Made by a program: the position numbers and the translations under genes
Notes under the pieces: generated by a model
What the model was told of the DNA's origin: nothing
Seen by the model: the letters and a program-made list of their open reading frames with translations, nothing else
Databases searched by the model: none
Shown here: piece after piece, positions 38,495 to 52,184 of the stretch
How the letters are laid out: each line of letters begins with the position of its first letter
How positions within the stretch are numbered: the first letter of the stretch is position 1
Assembly (NCBI RefSeq): GCF_022045235.1
Contig: NW_027266297.1
Location: forward strand, 6,882,001 to 6,946,000
Direction of reading: 5' to 3'
DNA from: Haliotis cracherodii
Taxonomy: Eukaryota
Length of the DNA stretch: 64,000 nt

Positions 38495-41400
38495 ACATCC
38501 AGACATATCTGGCGTCAACATCACCATGACACCGTCAAGACACATCTGGCGCCCACATCACCACGACACCGTCAAGACACATCTGGCGCCCTCATCACCA
38601 CGACACCGTCAAGTCACCCCTGGCGCCGACATCACCATGACACCCTCATGACACACCTTGCGCCCACATCACCACGACACCATCAAGATACATCTGGCGC
38701 CCACATCACGACGACACCGTTAAGTCACACCTGGCGCCCACATCACCACGACACCGTCAAGTCACACCTGGCACCCACATCACCACGACACCGTCAAGAC
38801 ACACCTGGCACCCACATCACCACGACACCGTCAAGTGGAGCCCACATCACCACGACACCGTCAAGTCACACCTGGCACCCACATCACCACGACACCGTCA
38901 AGTGGAGCAGCATCACCATGACACCGTCAAGACATATCTGGCGCCCACATCACCACGACACCGTCAAGACACATCTGGCGCCCACATCACCACGACACCG
39001 TCAAGACACCTGGTGCTCACATCACCACGACACCGTCAAGACACACCTGGCGCCCACATCACCACGACACCGTCAAGACACACCTGGCACCCACATCACC
39101 ACGACACCGTCAAGACACACCTGACGCCTACATCACCACGACACCGTCAAGACACACCTGGCGCCCACATCACCACGACACCGTCAAGACACACCTGGCG
39201 CCCACATCACCACGACACCGTCAGGACACCTGGTGCCCACATTACCATGACACCGTCAAGTCACACCTGACGCCCACATCACCACGACACCGTCAAGACA
39301 CATTTGGCGCACATATCACCACGACACTGTCAAGTCACACCTGGCGCCCACATCACCATGACACCGTCAAGTCACACCTGACGCCCACATCACCACGACA
39401 CCGTCAAGACACATCTGGCGCCCACATCACCACGACACCGTCAAGACACACCTGACACCCACATCACCACGACACCGTCAAGACACATCTTGCGCCCACA
39501 TCACCACGACACCGTCAAGACACACCTGACGCCCACATCACCACGACACCGTCAAGACACACCTGACGCCCACATCACCACGACACCGTCAAGACACATC
39601 TGACGCCCACATCACCACGACACTGTCAAGTCACACCTGACGCCCACATCACCACGACACCGTCAATACACACCTGGCGCCCACATCACCACGACACCGT
39701 CAAGACACCTGGTGCCCACATCACCATGACACCGTCAAGTCACACCTGACGCCCACATCACCACGACACCGTCAAGACACATTTGGCGCACACATCACCA
39801 CGACACTGTCAAGTCACACCTGGCGCCCACATCACCATGACACCGTCAAGTCACACCTGACGCCCACATCACCACGACACCGTCAAGACACATTTGGCGC
39901 ACACATCACCACGACACTGTCAAGTCACACCTGGCGCCCACATCACCATGACACCGTCAAGTCACACCTGACGCCCACATCACCACGACACCGTCAAGAC
40001 ACATCTGGCGCCCACATCACCACGACACCGTCAATACACACCTGGCGCCCACATCACCACGACACCGTCAAGACACCTGGTGCCCACATCACCATGACAC
40101 CGTCAAGTCACACCTGACGCCCACATCACCACGACACCGTCAAGACACATTTGGCGCACACATCACCACGACACTGTCAAGTCACACCTGGCGCCCACAT
40201 CACCATGACACCGTCAAGTCACACCTGACGCCCACATCACCACGACACCGTCAAGACACATTTGGCGCACACATCACCACGACACTGTCAAGTCACACCT
40301 GGCGCCCACATCACCATGACACCGTCAAGTCACACCTGACGCCCACATCACCACGACACCGTCAAGACACATCTGGCGCCCACATCACCACGACACCGTC
40401 AATACACACCTGACGCCCACATCACCACGACACCGTCAAGACACATCTGGCGCCCACATCACCACGACACCGTCAAGACACACCTGACGCCCACATCACC
40501 ACGACACCGTCAAGACACACCTGACGCCCACATCACCACGACACCGTCAAGACACATCTGACGCCCACATCACCACGACACTGTCAAGTCACACCTGACG
40601 CCCACATCACCACGACACCGTCAAGACACATCTGGCGCCCACATCACCACGACACCGTCAAGACACATCTGGCGCCCACATCACCACGACACCGTCAAGA
40701 CACACCTGACGCCCACATCACCACGACACCGTCAAGACACACCTGACGCCCACATCACCACGACACCGTCAAGACACATCTGACGCCCACATCACCACGA
40801 CACTGTCAAGTCACACCTGACGCCCACATCACCACGACACCGTCAATACACACCTGGCGCCCACATCACCACGACACCGTCAAGACACCTGGTGCCCACA
40901 TCACCATGACACCGTCAAGTCACACCTGACGCCCACATCACCACGACACCGTCAAGACACATTTGGCGCACACATCACCACGACACTGTCAAGTCACACC
41001 TGGCGCCCACATCACCATGACACCGTCAAGTCACACCTGACGCCCACATCACCACGACACCGTCAAGACACATTTGGCGCACACATCACCACGACACTGT
41101 CAAGTCACACCTGGCGCCCACATCACCATGACACCGTCAAGTCACACCTGACGCCCACATCACCACGACACCGTCAAGACACATCTGGCGCCCACATCAC
41201 CACGACACCGTCAATACACACCTGGCGCCCACATCACCACGACACCGTCAAGACACCTGGTGCCCACATCACCATGACACCGTCAAGTCACACCTGACGC
41301 CCACATCACCACGACACCGTCAAGACACATTTGGCGCACACATCACCACGACACTGTCAAGTCACACCTGGCGCCCACATCACCATGACACCGTCAAGTC

Positions 41401-44400
41401 ACACCTGACGCCCACATCACCACGACACCGTCAAGACACATTTGGCGCACACATCACCACGACACTGTCAAGTCACACCTGGCGCCCACATCACCATGAC
41501 ACCGTCAAGTCACACCTGACGCCCACATCACCACGACACCGTCAAGACACATCTGGCGCCCACATCACCACGACACCGTCAATACACACCTGACGCCCAC
41601 ATCACCACGACACCGTCAAGACACATCTGGCGCCCACATCACCACGACACCGTCAAGACACACCTGACGCCCACATCACCACGACACCGTCAAGACACAC
41701 CTGACGCCCACATCACCACGACACCGTCAAGACACATCTGACGCCCACATCACCACGACACTGTCAAGTCACACCTGACGCCCACATCACCACGACACCG
41801 TCAAGACACATCTGGCGCCCACATCACCACGACACCGTCAAGACACATCTGGCGCCCACATCACCACGACACCGTCAAGACACACCTGGCGCCCACATCA
41901 CCACGACATCCTCAAGACACACCTGGCGCCCACATCACCACGACATCCTCAAGACACATCTGGCGCCCACATCACCATGACACCGTCAAGACACACCTGG
42001 CGCCCACATCACCATGACACCGTCAAGTCACACCTGACGCACACATCACCACGACACCGTCAAGACACATCTGGCGCCCACATCACGACGACACCGTCAA
42101 GTCACACCTGGCACCCACATCACCACGACACCGTCAAGTGGAGCCCACATCACCACGACACCGTCAAGTCACACCTGGCACCCACATCACCACGACACCG
42201 TCAAGTGGAGCAGCATCACCATGACACCGTCAAGACATATCTGGCGCCCACATCACCACGACACCGTCAAGACACATCTGGCGCCCACATCACCACGACA
42301 CCGTCAAGACACCTGGTGCCCACATCACCACGACACCGTCAAGACACACCTGGCGCCCACATCACCACGACACCGTCAAGACACACCTGGCACCCACATC
42401 ACCACGACACCGTCAAGACACACCTGACGCCCACATCACCACGACACCGTCAAGACACATCTGGCGCCCACATCACCACGACACCGTCAAGACACACCTG
42501 GCGCCCACATCACCACTACACCGTCAAGACACCTGGTGCCCACATCACCATGACACCGTCAAGTCACACCTGACGCCCACATCACCACGACACCGTCAAG
42601 ACACATTTGGCGCACACATCACCACGACACTGTCAAGTCACACCTGGCGCCCACATCACCATGACACCGTCAAGTCACACCTGACGCCCACATCACCACG
42701 ACACCGTCAAGACACATCTGGCGCCCACATCACCACGACACCGTCAAGACACACCTGACACCCACATCACCACGACACCGTCAAGACACATCTTGCGCCC
42801 ACATCACCACGACACCGTCAAGACACACCTGACGCCCACATCACCACGACACCGTCAAGACACATTTGGCGCACACATCACCACGACACTGTCAAGTCAC
42901 ACCTGGCGCCCACATCACCATGACACCGTCAAGTCACACCTGACGCCCACATCACCACGACACCGTCAAGACACATTTGGCGCACACATCACCACGACAC
43001 TGTCAAGTCACACCTGGCGCCCACATCACCATGACACCGTCAAGTCACACCTGACGCCCACATCACCACGACACCGTCAAGACACATCTGGCGCCCACAT
43101 CACCACGACACCGTCAAGACACACCTGACGCCCACATCACCACGACACCGTCAAGACACATCTGGCGCCCACATCACCACGACACCGTCAAGACACACCT
43201 GACGCCCACATCACCACGACACCGTCAAGACACACCTGACGCCCACATCACCACGACACCGTCAAGACACATCTGGCGCCCACATCACCACGACACTGTC
43301 AAGTCACACCTGACGCCCACATCACCACGACACCGTCAAGACACATCTGGCGCCCACATCACCACGACACCGTCAAGACACATCTGGCGCCCACATCACC
43401 ACGACACCGTCAAGACACACCTGGCGCCCACATCACCACGACATCCTCAAGACACACCTGGCGCCCACATCACCACGACATCCTCAAGACACACCTGGCG
43501 CCCACATCACCATGACACCGTCAAGACACACCTGGCGCCCACATCACCATGACACCGTCAAGTCACACCTGACGCCCACATCACCACGACACCGTCAAGA
43601 CACATCTGGCGCCCACATCACGACGACACCGTCAAGTCACACCTGGCACCCACATCACCACGACACCGTCAAGTGGAGCCCACATCACCACGACACCGTC
43701 AAGTCACACCTGGCACCCACATCACCACGACACCGTCAAGTGGAGCAGCATCACCATGACACCGTCAAGACATATCTGGCGCCCACATCACCACGACACC
43801 GTCAAGACACATCTGGCGCCCACATCACCACGACACCGTCAAGACACCTGGTGCCCACATCACCACGACACCGTCAAGACACACCTGGCGCCCACATCAC
43901 CACGACACCGTCAAGACACACCTGGCACCCACATCACCACGACACCGTCAAGACACACCTGACGCCCACATCACCACGACACCGTCAAGACACATCTGGC
44001 GCCCACATCACGACGACACCGTCAAGACACACCTGGCGCCCACATCACCACGACACCGTCAAGACACCTGGTGCCCACATCACCATGACACCGTCAAGTC
44101 ACACCTGACGCCCACATCACCACGACACCGTCAAGACACATTTGGCGCACACATCACCACGACACTGTCAAGTCACACCTGGCGCCCACATCACCATGAC
44201 ACCGTCAAGTCACACCTGACGCCCACATCACCACGACACCGTCAAGACACACCTGACACCCACATCACCACGACACCGTCAAGACACATCTTGCGCCCAC
44301 ATCACCACGACACCGTCAAGACACACCTGACGCCCACATCACCACGACACCGTCAAGACACACCTGACGCCCACATCACCACGACACCGTCAAGACACAC

Positions 44401-45345
44401 CTGACGCCCACATCACCACGACACCGTCAAGACACATCTGACGCCCACATCACCACGACACTGTCAAGTCACACCTGGTGCCCACATCACCATGACACCG
44501 TCAAGTCACACCTGACGCCCACATCACCACGACACCGTCAAGACACATCTGGCGCCCACATCACCACGACACCGTCAAGACACACCTGACGCCCACATCA
44601 CCACGACACCGTCAAGACACACCTGACGCCCACATCACCACGACACCGTCAAGACACATCTGACGCCCACATCACCACGACACTGTCAAGTCACACCTGA
44701 CGCCCACATCACCACGACACCGTCAAGACACATCTGGCGCCCACATCACCACGACACCGTCAAAACACATCTGGCGCCCACATCACCACGACACCGTCAA
44801 GACACACCTGGCGCCCACATCACCACGACATCCTCAAGACACACCTGGCGCCCACATCACCACGACATCCTCAAGACACACCTGGCGCCCACATCACCAT
44901 GACACCGTCAAGACACACCTGGCGCCCACATCACCATGACACCGTCAAGTCACACCTGACGCCCACATCACGACGACACCGTCAAGACACATCTGGCGCC
45001 CACATCACGACGACACCATCAAGACACATCTAGCGCCCACATCACCACGACACCGTCAAGACACATCTAGCGCCCACATCACCACGACACCGTCAAGTCA
45101 CACCTGGCGCCCACATCGCCACGACACCGTCAAGACACACCTGGCGCCTACATCACCACGACACCGTCAAGACACATCTGGCGCCCACATCACGACGACA
45201 CCATCAAGACACATCTAGCGCCCACATCACCACGACACCGTCAAGATACCTGGCGCCAACATCACCACGACACCATCAAGACACACCTGGCGCCCACATC
45301 ACCACGACACCGTCAAGACACATCTCGGGGCAACATCACCACGAC
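38495..45345. repeat. 37-bp satellite/minisatellite array of ~6.85 kb (about 185 units) with higher-order repeats
   Basis: Unit cccacatcaccacgacaccgtcaagacacatctggcg (cccacatc at 38944 and 38981). Variant markers recur at fixed spacings. Confidence 0.97.
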
Positions 45346-46149
45346 TGACATCTGCATCAACGGACTCCAACAACGCAGGCTTCGGTAACGACGTGAAAGG
45401 GGAGCTGACGCTATTAATTAGTTCTGTGGTTTCGAGGTATTAATATCAGGAATATCAGTGACAGGCACGGAAAATCATCTTCATTGAATCCCAGTGTCGA
45501 TCACGTCCCCGAAGTCACCGTAATATCAGGTCCTGTTATAACTTCAAGCTATATTATATAGTGGATTGATATAAACTATCATTCGCCTTCTATCATATTC
45601 TCCCGCACACACCACACACGCTCCCTTCTCTCGCCAGTCAGTGGTGGAATACATAACAGATTGGTTCAGATCTCCTCGCCACCACACTCTCAATTTACGA
45701 GATTACTTTATAAAGTTATCCAAAAAATAACCCAGATCAACAAATCACTTCATCGTTGAAAGGAAACGCTCGATGAAAGTGTCCAATCACATCAACCTTT
45801 CGTGTAGGCAAAATGAGTGTTAATCACTTAATTGATCTGGTAATGAAACTCTGAACTCGGGGATACATGCGAGAGGGTGGGTGAGTGGAATGGTTTAATT
45901 CCGCTTTGAACGGCATGTCAGATTCATGTGGGTGGAAGCCGACGTGAAGCTGAACGAAGACGGAGCTCTACCTACCATTGGATTTTCTAGGGGAAAGGGC
46001 TTGGATTTTCTTTTCACAAAATAATTTGAAAATACCGGATAAAAAATTCTGCCTGGACATTGTGAGTCGAGATGGTAGATGTCGTGATAAATGTGTTGCG
46101 TAAAAACAATTGTTCGGTGCCTCCTTTCAGAGTCAGGTGGGTGGCATGA

Positions 46150-46410
46150 AGTTGAACGTTATAATTAAATGTTATTTCATGCATGTAGCGACGTGCATGT
46201 ATCTGTATATAATTACTGCTTGTACTAGTCCGGACCTTTACCATACCGCATGGGTACCCAAATCAGACACATTACACTAAACCCTTGGCGTCCTTCTTTT
46301 ATCCCCTTAATACCCAGGCAATATTGCTAAAGCGGCGTAAAACCATACTCACTCACTCACCTTAATACCGAGCACCAGTCAGGGTGACATCAAGTATCAT
46401 GTTTGTCCTG
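46150..46410 (-). mobile_element. Degenerate SINE D containing a tail-only SINE A (46315-46359, +)
   Basis: tagcgacgtgcatg...cttgtactagtccgga...ccttaatacc[A tail]ccttaataccgagcaccag. ccttaatacc is duplicated. Confidence 0.7.
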
Positions 46411-47204
46411 CGTTCTAATCCCCAATCTTGCCAGCACCGAAAAACATTATCGTGAGTTTCGCAAAGGCGTAAAGATTAACCACTTTCGTCACATTTGGTT
46501 TTCCCAAAACATGACGTTAACACGCCATGCCATCATTGAAATACTCGTACAAAACCTCGTTTACTCATAAATGACCGTTTTTCCGAAGAGGTCGTCACCA
46601 AGCTAGGAACTCCATCAGTCCTTATTAAATATTTTGACACGTGTCAACTATCGTTATTATCTACTCTTGTCTTGAGGTGAGCTGACTGATCCCCTGGGCG
46701 TGAAGTGTAGAACGGTTCCTGCTGCCAACGGGACAGATTCGGAGAGAGATTCTGACTTTGAAGGTAACCTGATGCCCCGAGTCAAACACTCCACAAGGGT
46801 ATCAAACGACGCGCGTTCATTGAGAGGCGACAGCTAGGCAAGACTCGTATTAGCGATGGGCTATTTTAATGAGACGTCATCTGAGACGTCATTGAGGATA
46901 GTACCTTTGGTGTCTTGTTGAAGAATTCTGGCTGGATCTTCGAGACGAATAGATAATGTGCCCGTGTTTTGCGAATGCCAAAACATCGACATGAGAGCAA
47001 TACTTTTTATACTTTGGACGCTGTTCAAGTGATGTTTTGTAAACGTTTTTTGTTGGGTTTTTTGGCGTACCTTTGGCGCAAAATCAATCGCAAGTTCGTA
47101 GGAATAGCAGGATGCAGTAAAACAACCCTGTCTACTGTATTTAATTGATGGTGATATCAGGAGTAGCATCTGAGTCTGAGACAAAGTAGACGCAATTCAT
47201 ATTT

Positions 47205-47265
47205 TACTGTAATAGCGACGTTTCGGTATGGATCCTTACACCGTTGACAAGCAGGACTGAATAAT
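47205..47265 (-). ncRNA. Degenerate minimal hammerhead ribozyme of Penelope pLTR type
   Basis: The minus strand reads GC-UUGUCAA-CGGUGUAAGGAUCCAUACC-GAAACGUC-GC: U3/A8-type core, stem II GGU/ACC, GAAA, palindromic ACGU stem III and a GUC site. A6 is replaced by U. Confidence 0.55.
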
Positions 47266-47451
47266 TGATATGGTACAAAATTATATATATAGCAGGTGAA
47301 GGATTAACAGTGGAAACAATTTGCATTCATGAGAGAGATTAACATGAGTAGGTTTAATGATATAACTTAAAGAAGGATAACGTTGCAACAACATGATTGA
47401 CAGAAAACACAAGGTGATGAAGCCAATTAAACAGTCAATCAGGTCTCAACA

Positions 47452-47748
47452 GATATGCGTGTGATGGTTGTGTGTCTCACTAGATATATGCGAGATGTGT
47501 GTCTCACTAGATATATGTGTGTTGGTTGTGTGTCTCACTAGATATATGTGTGTTGGCTGTGTGTCTCACTAGATATATGCGTGATTGTTGTGTGTCTCAC
47601 TAGATATATGTGTGTTGGCTGTGTGTCTCACTAGATATATGCGTGATTGTTGTGTGTCTCACTAGATAAGTGTATTTTGCGTGTCTCACGCATATTTTGG
47701 TTGTGTGTCTCATGAGACACATGTGTTGGTTGTGTGTCTTACTAGATG
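47452..47748. repeat. ~31-bp minisatellite
   Basis: Units tgtgtctcactagatatatgtgtgttggt. Confidence 0.9.
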
Positions 47749-48547
47749 AGTACTCGGCAGTTCTGTACTGTAAGTTAGTCTCCTGTGCCACAAAGTCAAC
47801 GCTAAAACTCCCCCGGCGGAGTACCGGTCTGGGCCTCGGCACATTTTTGTTTGTAGTAAAAACACAGTTAATTGCAGGCGAGCTCCGGTTTCCGTGACAC
47901 TATAGTTATGCGTCTGTCTGTGTGAGATTAGCGGAGATAAGGGCAGACAACACATGGTTTGTTTGCCACAATGGACAACCCAAGGTCGTCCGAGACCAGG
48001 GTGGTCCAGCAAAACATTTTACTTCCTGTGAGGGTGTGATTCGGGTGGGCCAATCCTCTAATGTGCTATAATTTGATGGGACGCGTCAATCAGTCTAACA
48101 TAGAGAGATGGTTGATTCGAATCCAAAATTCGCCCGGTAATGTTTCAAGGTTTCAGAAACTCACTCGTGTCAAAGTGGTAAAAGTCTTAAACCTACATAA
48201 CTTCAGGCTTTCATCCTACATCAAAATGAATGGAATACTATTCAAAGAGACTTTTAACTCAACCCACTCACCCACTTTTCGACATTCAGACTTGATCTTC
48301 TATCACTTGATTTCTCGCTGTGAAACAGTTAAAGTACTATAAAACATGTCATGAATCTATACACGTTCTTGTGGTGCGGTCACAACACAAGAGAGCAGTA
48401 TCAGCATTCCAACATGGTTTGATTTCGTTTGAAATTGAGAATTGAGCTGGTTAGCGTGCCACCTATTGCGTTTAGGTTAACTGTCCAATCTATTGCAGGC
48501 AACTGAGTGTATCAATGTATGTGATCTGAAGTTGTTTGTTATGCACT

Positions 48548-48697
48548 GGACCCGTGAAGATCCGGGGTAGAATAGGTCTTCAGCAACCCATGCTTGCCGT
48601 AAAGGGCTTCTATGCTTGTCGTAAGAGGCGACTGACTGGATCTGGTGGTCAGACTCGATGACTTGGTTGATGCATGTCATAGATCCCAATTGCGTCA
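48548..48697 (+). mobile_element. SINE family C, 5' half abutting a minisatellite
   Basis: Starts GGACCCGTGAAGATCCGGGGTAGAATAGGTCTTCAG and ends at cccaattgcgtca. Confidence 0.88.
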
Positions 48698-49310
48698 TGT
48701 CCCATCCTCAACAGCGTCAAGTCCCATCCTCAACAGGACCATCTCCCATCCTCAACAGGACCATCTCCCATCCTCAACAGGGTCATGTCCCATCCTATAC
48801 AGGACGATCTCCCATCCTCAACAGGGTCATCTCTCATCCTCAATAGGGTCATCTCCCGTCCTCAACAGGACCATCCCCCATCCTCAACAGGGTGATCTCT
48901 CATCCTCAATAGGGTCATCTCCCGTCCTCAACAGGACCACCCCCCCATCCTCAACAGGGTGATCTCTCATCCTCAATAGGGTCATTTCCCGTCCTCAACA
49001 GGACCATCTCCCATCCTCAACAGAACCATCTCCCATCCTCAACAGGTCCATCTCCCATTCTCAACAGGACCATCTCCCATCCTCAACAGCGTCAAGTCCC
49101 ATCCTCAACAGGACCATCTCCCATTCTCCACAGAACCATCTCCCATCCTCAACAGCGTCAAGTCCCATCCTCAACAGGACCATCTCCCATCCTCAACAGA
49201 ACCATCTCCCATCCTCAACAGCGTCATGTTCCAACCTAAACACGACCATCTCCCATTCTCAACAGAACCATCTCCCATCCTCAACAGGACCATTTCCCAT
49301 CCTCAACAGG
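48698..49310. repeat. 22-bp minisatellite, about 28 copies
   Basis: Unit ccatcctcaacaggaccatctc. Confidence 0.95.
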
Positions 49311-49311
49311 G

Positions 49312-49698
49312 GAGATGTTCCTTGGGGTGTTCTGTGAGATGTTCCTTAGGACGTTCTGTGCGATGTTATGTGAGGTGTGCTGTGAGATGTTCCCTAGGGT
49401 GTTCTATGAGGTGTTCCTTGAGATGTCCTGGGAGGTGTTCTGTGAGGTAATCTGTGAGGTGTCCTGTGATATGTTTTGTGATATGTTCTGTGAGGTGTTC
49501 TGTCAGATGTTCTGTGAGGTGTTCTGGGAAGTGTTCCTTGGGGTGTTCTGTGAGATGTTCCTCGGGTGTTCTGTGCGATGTTACGCGAGGTGCCCTGTGA
49601 GATATTCTGTGATTTTCTTGAAGGTATTCTTTTAGGTGTTCTGTGAGATGTTAGTTGAGTTGTTCTGCGAAGTGATCTGTAAGTTGTTCTTTGAGATT
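49312..49698. repeat. 12-bp degenerate tandem repeat (tgttctgtgagg/a)
   Basis: Read directly from the sequence. Confidence 0.88.
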
Positions 49699-50246
49699 AT
49701 ATCGCCTTAATGAGGGAGGTACACCCAATTATGCAGGTCGAAAGCCATCCTGGTACACCAAAGGGACGCAAGCCTGTACAACGCGACGCCTTAGACGATA
49801 GGGTGGCCCAAAGAATTTGAATGATTTGAAATCATTTGAAAAATATAGTTATCTTCAGAGGTAATTGAAAGGGATGTTTACATTACTTCTACTACAGATA
49901 TGGTATCCCACGATGGACGCCAAGGGCGTGGCGACGCGATAGAACGACAATGATATTCCCCAAATCATTATCAGCTTCTCGTGGTCGTCACCAAGAAACA
50001 ATTCTATAATACGATACTATCAGTGAATCGCTATCGGGAAGTCATATCAGCCACTGAGTGATTATGACAAATAAAATAATTATTGTCTGAACATAATCAT
50101 ATTTGCTAGTCTTGCGTGTTATTTAGTTCCCGATTCCATCTGTAAAGAGAGTTCCATAAAAAATTAAAAATAATAATTTCGAAGCATTTTCGAAAATGAT
50201 TATTTTACACTAAGAGGCACTGTTTAAGACAAACAGGTCGTGACAT

Positions 50247-50560
50247 CTTGGCCAAGGTCGACCGATGGAGATATTCTACGCTCTTGTCGTGATTACTTGG
50301 CCAAGGACGACTGAATGAGATATTCTACGCTCTTGTCGTGATTACTTGGCCAAGGTCGACTGATGGAGATATTCTACGCTCTTGTCGTGATTACTTGGCC
50401 AAGGACGACTGATTGAGATATTCTACGCTCTTGTGGTGATTACTTGGCCAAGGTGGACCGATGGAGATATTCTACGCTCTTGTGGTGATTACTTGGACAA
50501 GGACGACCGATGGAGATGTCTACTCTCTTGTGGTGATTACTTGGGCAAGGATGGAGATAT
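50247..50560. repeat. 49-bp minisatellite, about 6 copies
   Basis: Unit ttggccaaggtcgaccgatggagatattctacgctcttgtcgtgattac. Confidence 0.93.
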
Positions 50561-50651
50561 TCATCAGCCATCTCACACCCCCTGTTCCCAGGTAGTTGTC
50601 CCCCTTTAATTCATTTCTTTGACTTGTCACTTAACTTTCCTTTGCATGTGT

Positions 50652-50730
50652 TTCTGACGAGTGCCACCGGTTGGACAAGACACGGTCATCTTATCGCGAA
50701 CACCTGGTATCATCACTTATTAATTCATGA
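50652..50730 (+). mobile_element. PLE 3'-UTR fragment
   Basis: tgacgagtgccaccggt...tcgcgaacacctggtatcatcact. Confidence 0.6.
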
Positions 50731-50787
50731 TTGTGATTTATAAACACATGAATATCAAACCTAACAACAAACATACTCAATACATTT

Positions 50788-51135
50788 AGAGGAATTTATC
50801 ATAATTTAGACGTAATATTTTCCAATTTTATTTTGAAAAACGCAATAATATTCCTCATGATGAAAGATTATGTGAGAGGAATTTATCATAATTTAGACGT
50901 AATAATTTTCGATTCTATTTTGAAAAACTCAATAATATTCCTCATGATTAGAGATTGTGTGAGAGGAATTTATCATAATTTAGACGTAATATTTTCCAAT
51001 TCTATTTTGAAAAACGCAATAAAATTCCTCATGATGAGAGATTGTGTGAAAGGAATTTTTCATAATTTAGAGGTAATATTTTCCAATTTTATTTTGAAAA
51101 ACACAATAATATTCCTCATGATGAGAGATTGTGTA
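50788..51135. repeat. 87-bp AT-rich tandem repeat, 4 copies
   Basis: agaggaatttatcataatttag at 50788, 50875 and 50962. Confidence 0.93.
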
Positions 51136-51463
51136 AATTTTGTATGCAGAAAAATAAAACGTTTGTGGAAGATGAACACCACGTGATGAAGATATGCGAG
51201 CACTACCCTCATCCGAGAAAGCAATAAGTACATCAATATTACACAGACCGTCCAACGACTGAAACGTCTATCCACCACATGAAATTAACTGATAGACTGT
51301 CTATATATAATACTGGGCTATATTTAGCTGAAACCTTTGCGATGAGAAATGAGAAAACACTGCTTTAAGATAAATACCCTTGCATGCAGGCCATTGCGTT
51401 TTAATTAGTACTGTTGGTCCGATGGTCTTTATAACTAAATGTCTGTCTGTCAGTCTGATTTCA

Positions 51464-51711
51464 GATCCATGAAGATACGGGGTAGAATAGGTCTTCAGCA
51501 ACCCATGCTTGCTGCAAAAGGCGACTAACGGGATCGGGTGGTCAGGCTCGCTGACTTGGTTGATGCATGTCATCGTATCCCAATTGCGTGGACCGATGCT
51601 CATGATGTCAATCACTGGATAGTCTGGTCCAGACTCGATTATTTCCAGACCGCCGTCATATAGCTGGAATATTGCTGAGTGCGGCGTAAAACAACAAACC
51701 GACCAACCAAA
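51464..51711 (+). mobile_element. SINE family C, full length (single-hairpin variant)
   Basis: TSD gatttca at 51457 and 51712. Complete body and tail. Confidence 0.9.
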
Positions 51712-52011
51712 GATTTCAGATGATTATGGAAAGAGTGTTGTTGCTTTTATTTCCACGAACAGCTTCGATGGTGCGCACTTGTTTCAGTCTTCAACAGTGT
51801 AACACGCTCGTCTAACGTCTAACGTCAAACACGTTCCTTTGTTAATAAAAAGGCAAGTGGAAGGTTTCCCAGGCTGTAGTCTAAGACTGCTCAGACTTGG
51901 TATTATCCTTGATCGCACGCCCCCGATGCTATTGCCCTTCGCCAGATGGCAGCCGTGATAAAGGCTCCATTGTTGAGACACGACAAGTGGACACAACAGT
52001 CAGGAATTACT

Positions 52012-52175
52012 TTATGCTGTCGAGAGTTAGATAAAGCAGTCTGTGGTCACTTATATGTCACGGTTTTATGTTGTCGTCGAGTGTTAGATAAAGCAGTCTG
52101 TGGTCACATATATGTCACGGTTTTATTTTGTCGTCGAGTGTTAGATAAAGCAGTCTGTGGTCACATATATGTCAA
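52012..52175. repeat. 57-bp tandem repeat, about 3 copies
   Basis: gttagataaagcagtctgtggtcac repeated with a 57-bp period. Confidence 0.9.
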
Positions 52176-52184
52176 TATCTTACG

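Noticed and set aside
38486-44108. His/Thr/Pro-rich ORFs in the 37-bp array as a repetitive (shell-matrix-like) protein
   Set aside because: The period is not a multiple of 3, TGA-containing variants interrupt every frame, and there is no signal peptide or splice context.
38495-45345. CRISPR array (37-bp repeats; the 35-bp and 49-bp arrays with variable segments were also considered)
   Set aside because: Units are head-to-tail with no unique spacers, there are no cas genes, and the context is eukaryotic.
46672-46870. ~64-codon open frame GELTDPLGVK...ISDGLF as a terminal exon
   Set aside because: Weak acceptor (GAG) and no recognisable homology.
48548-48640. Canonical HDV-like ribozyme in the family C head
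   Set aside because: A CUAA-like junction before a GGG strand is present in the family consensus, but no 7-bp P1 or YYCNCGY-type L3 can be placed. Kept only as an unclassified structure.
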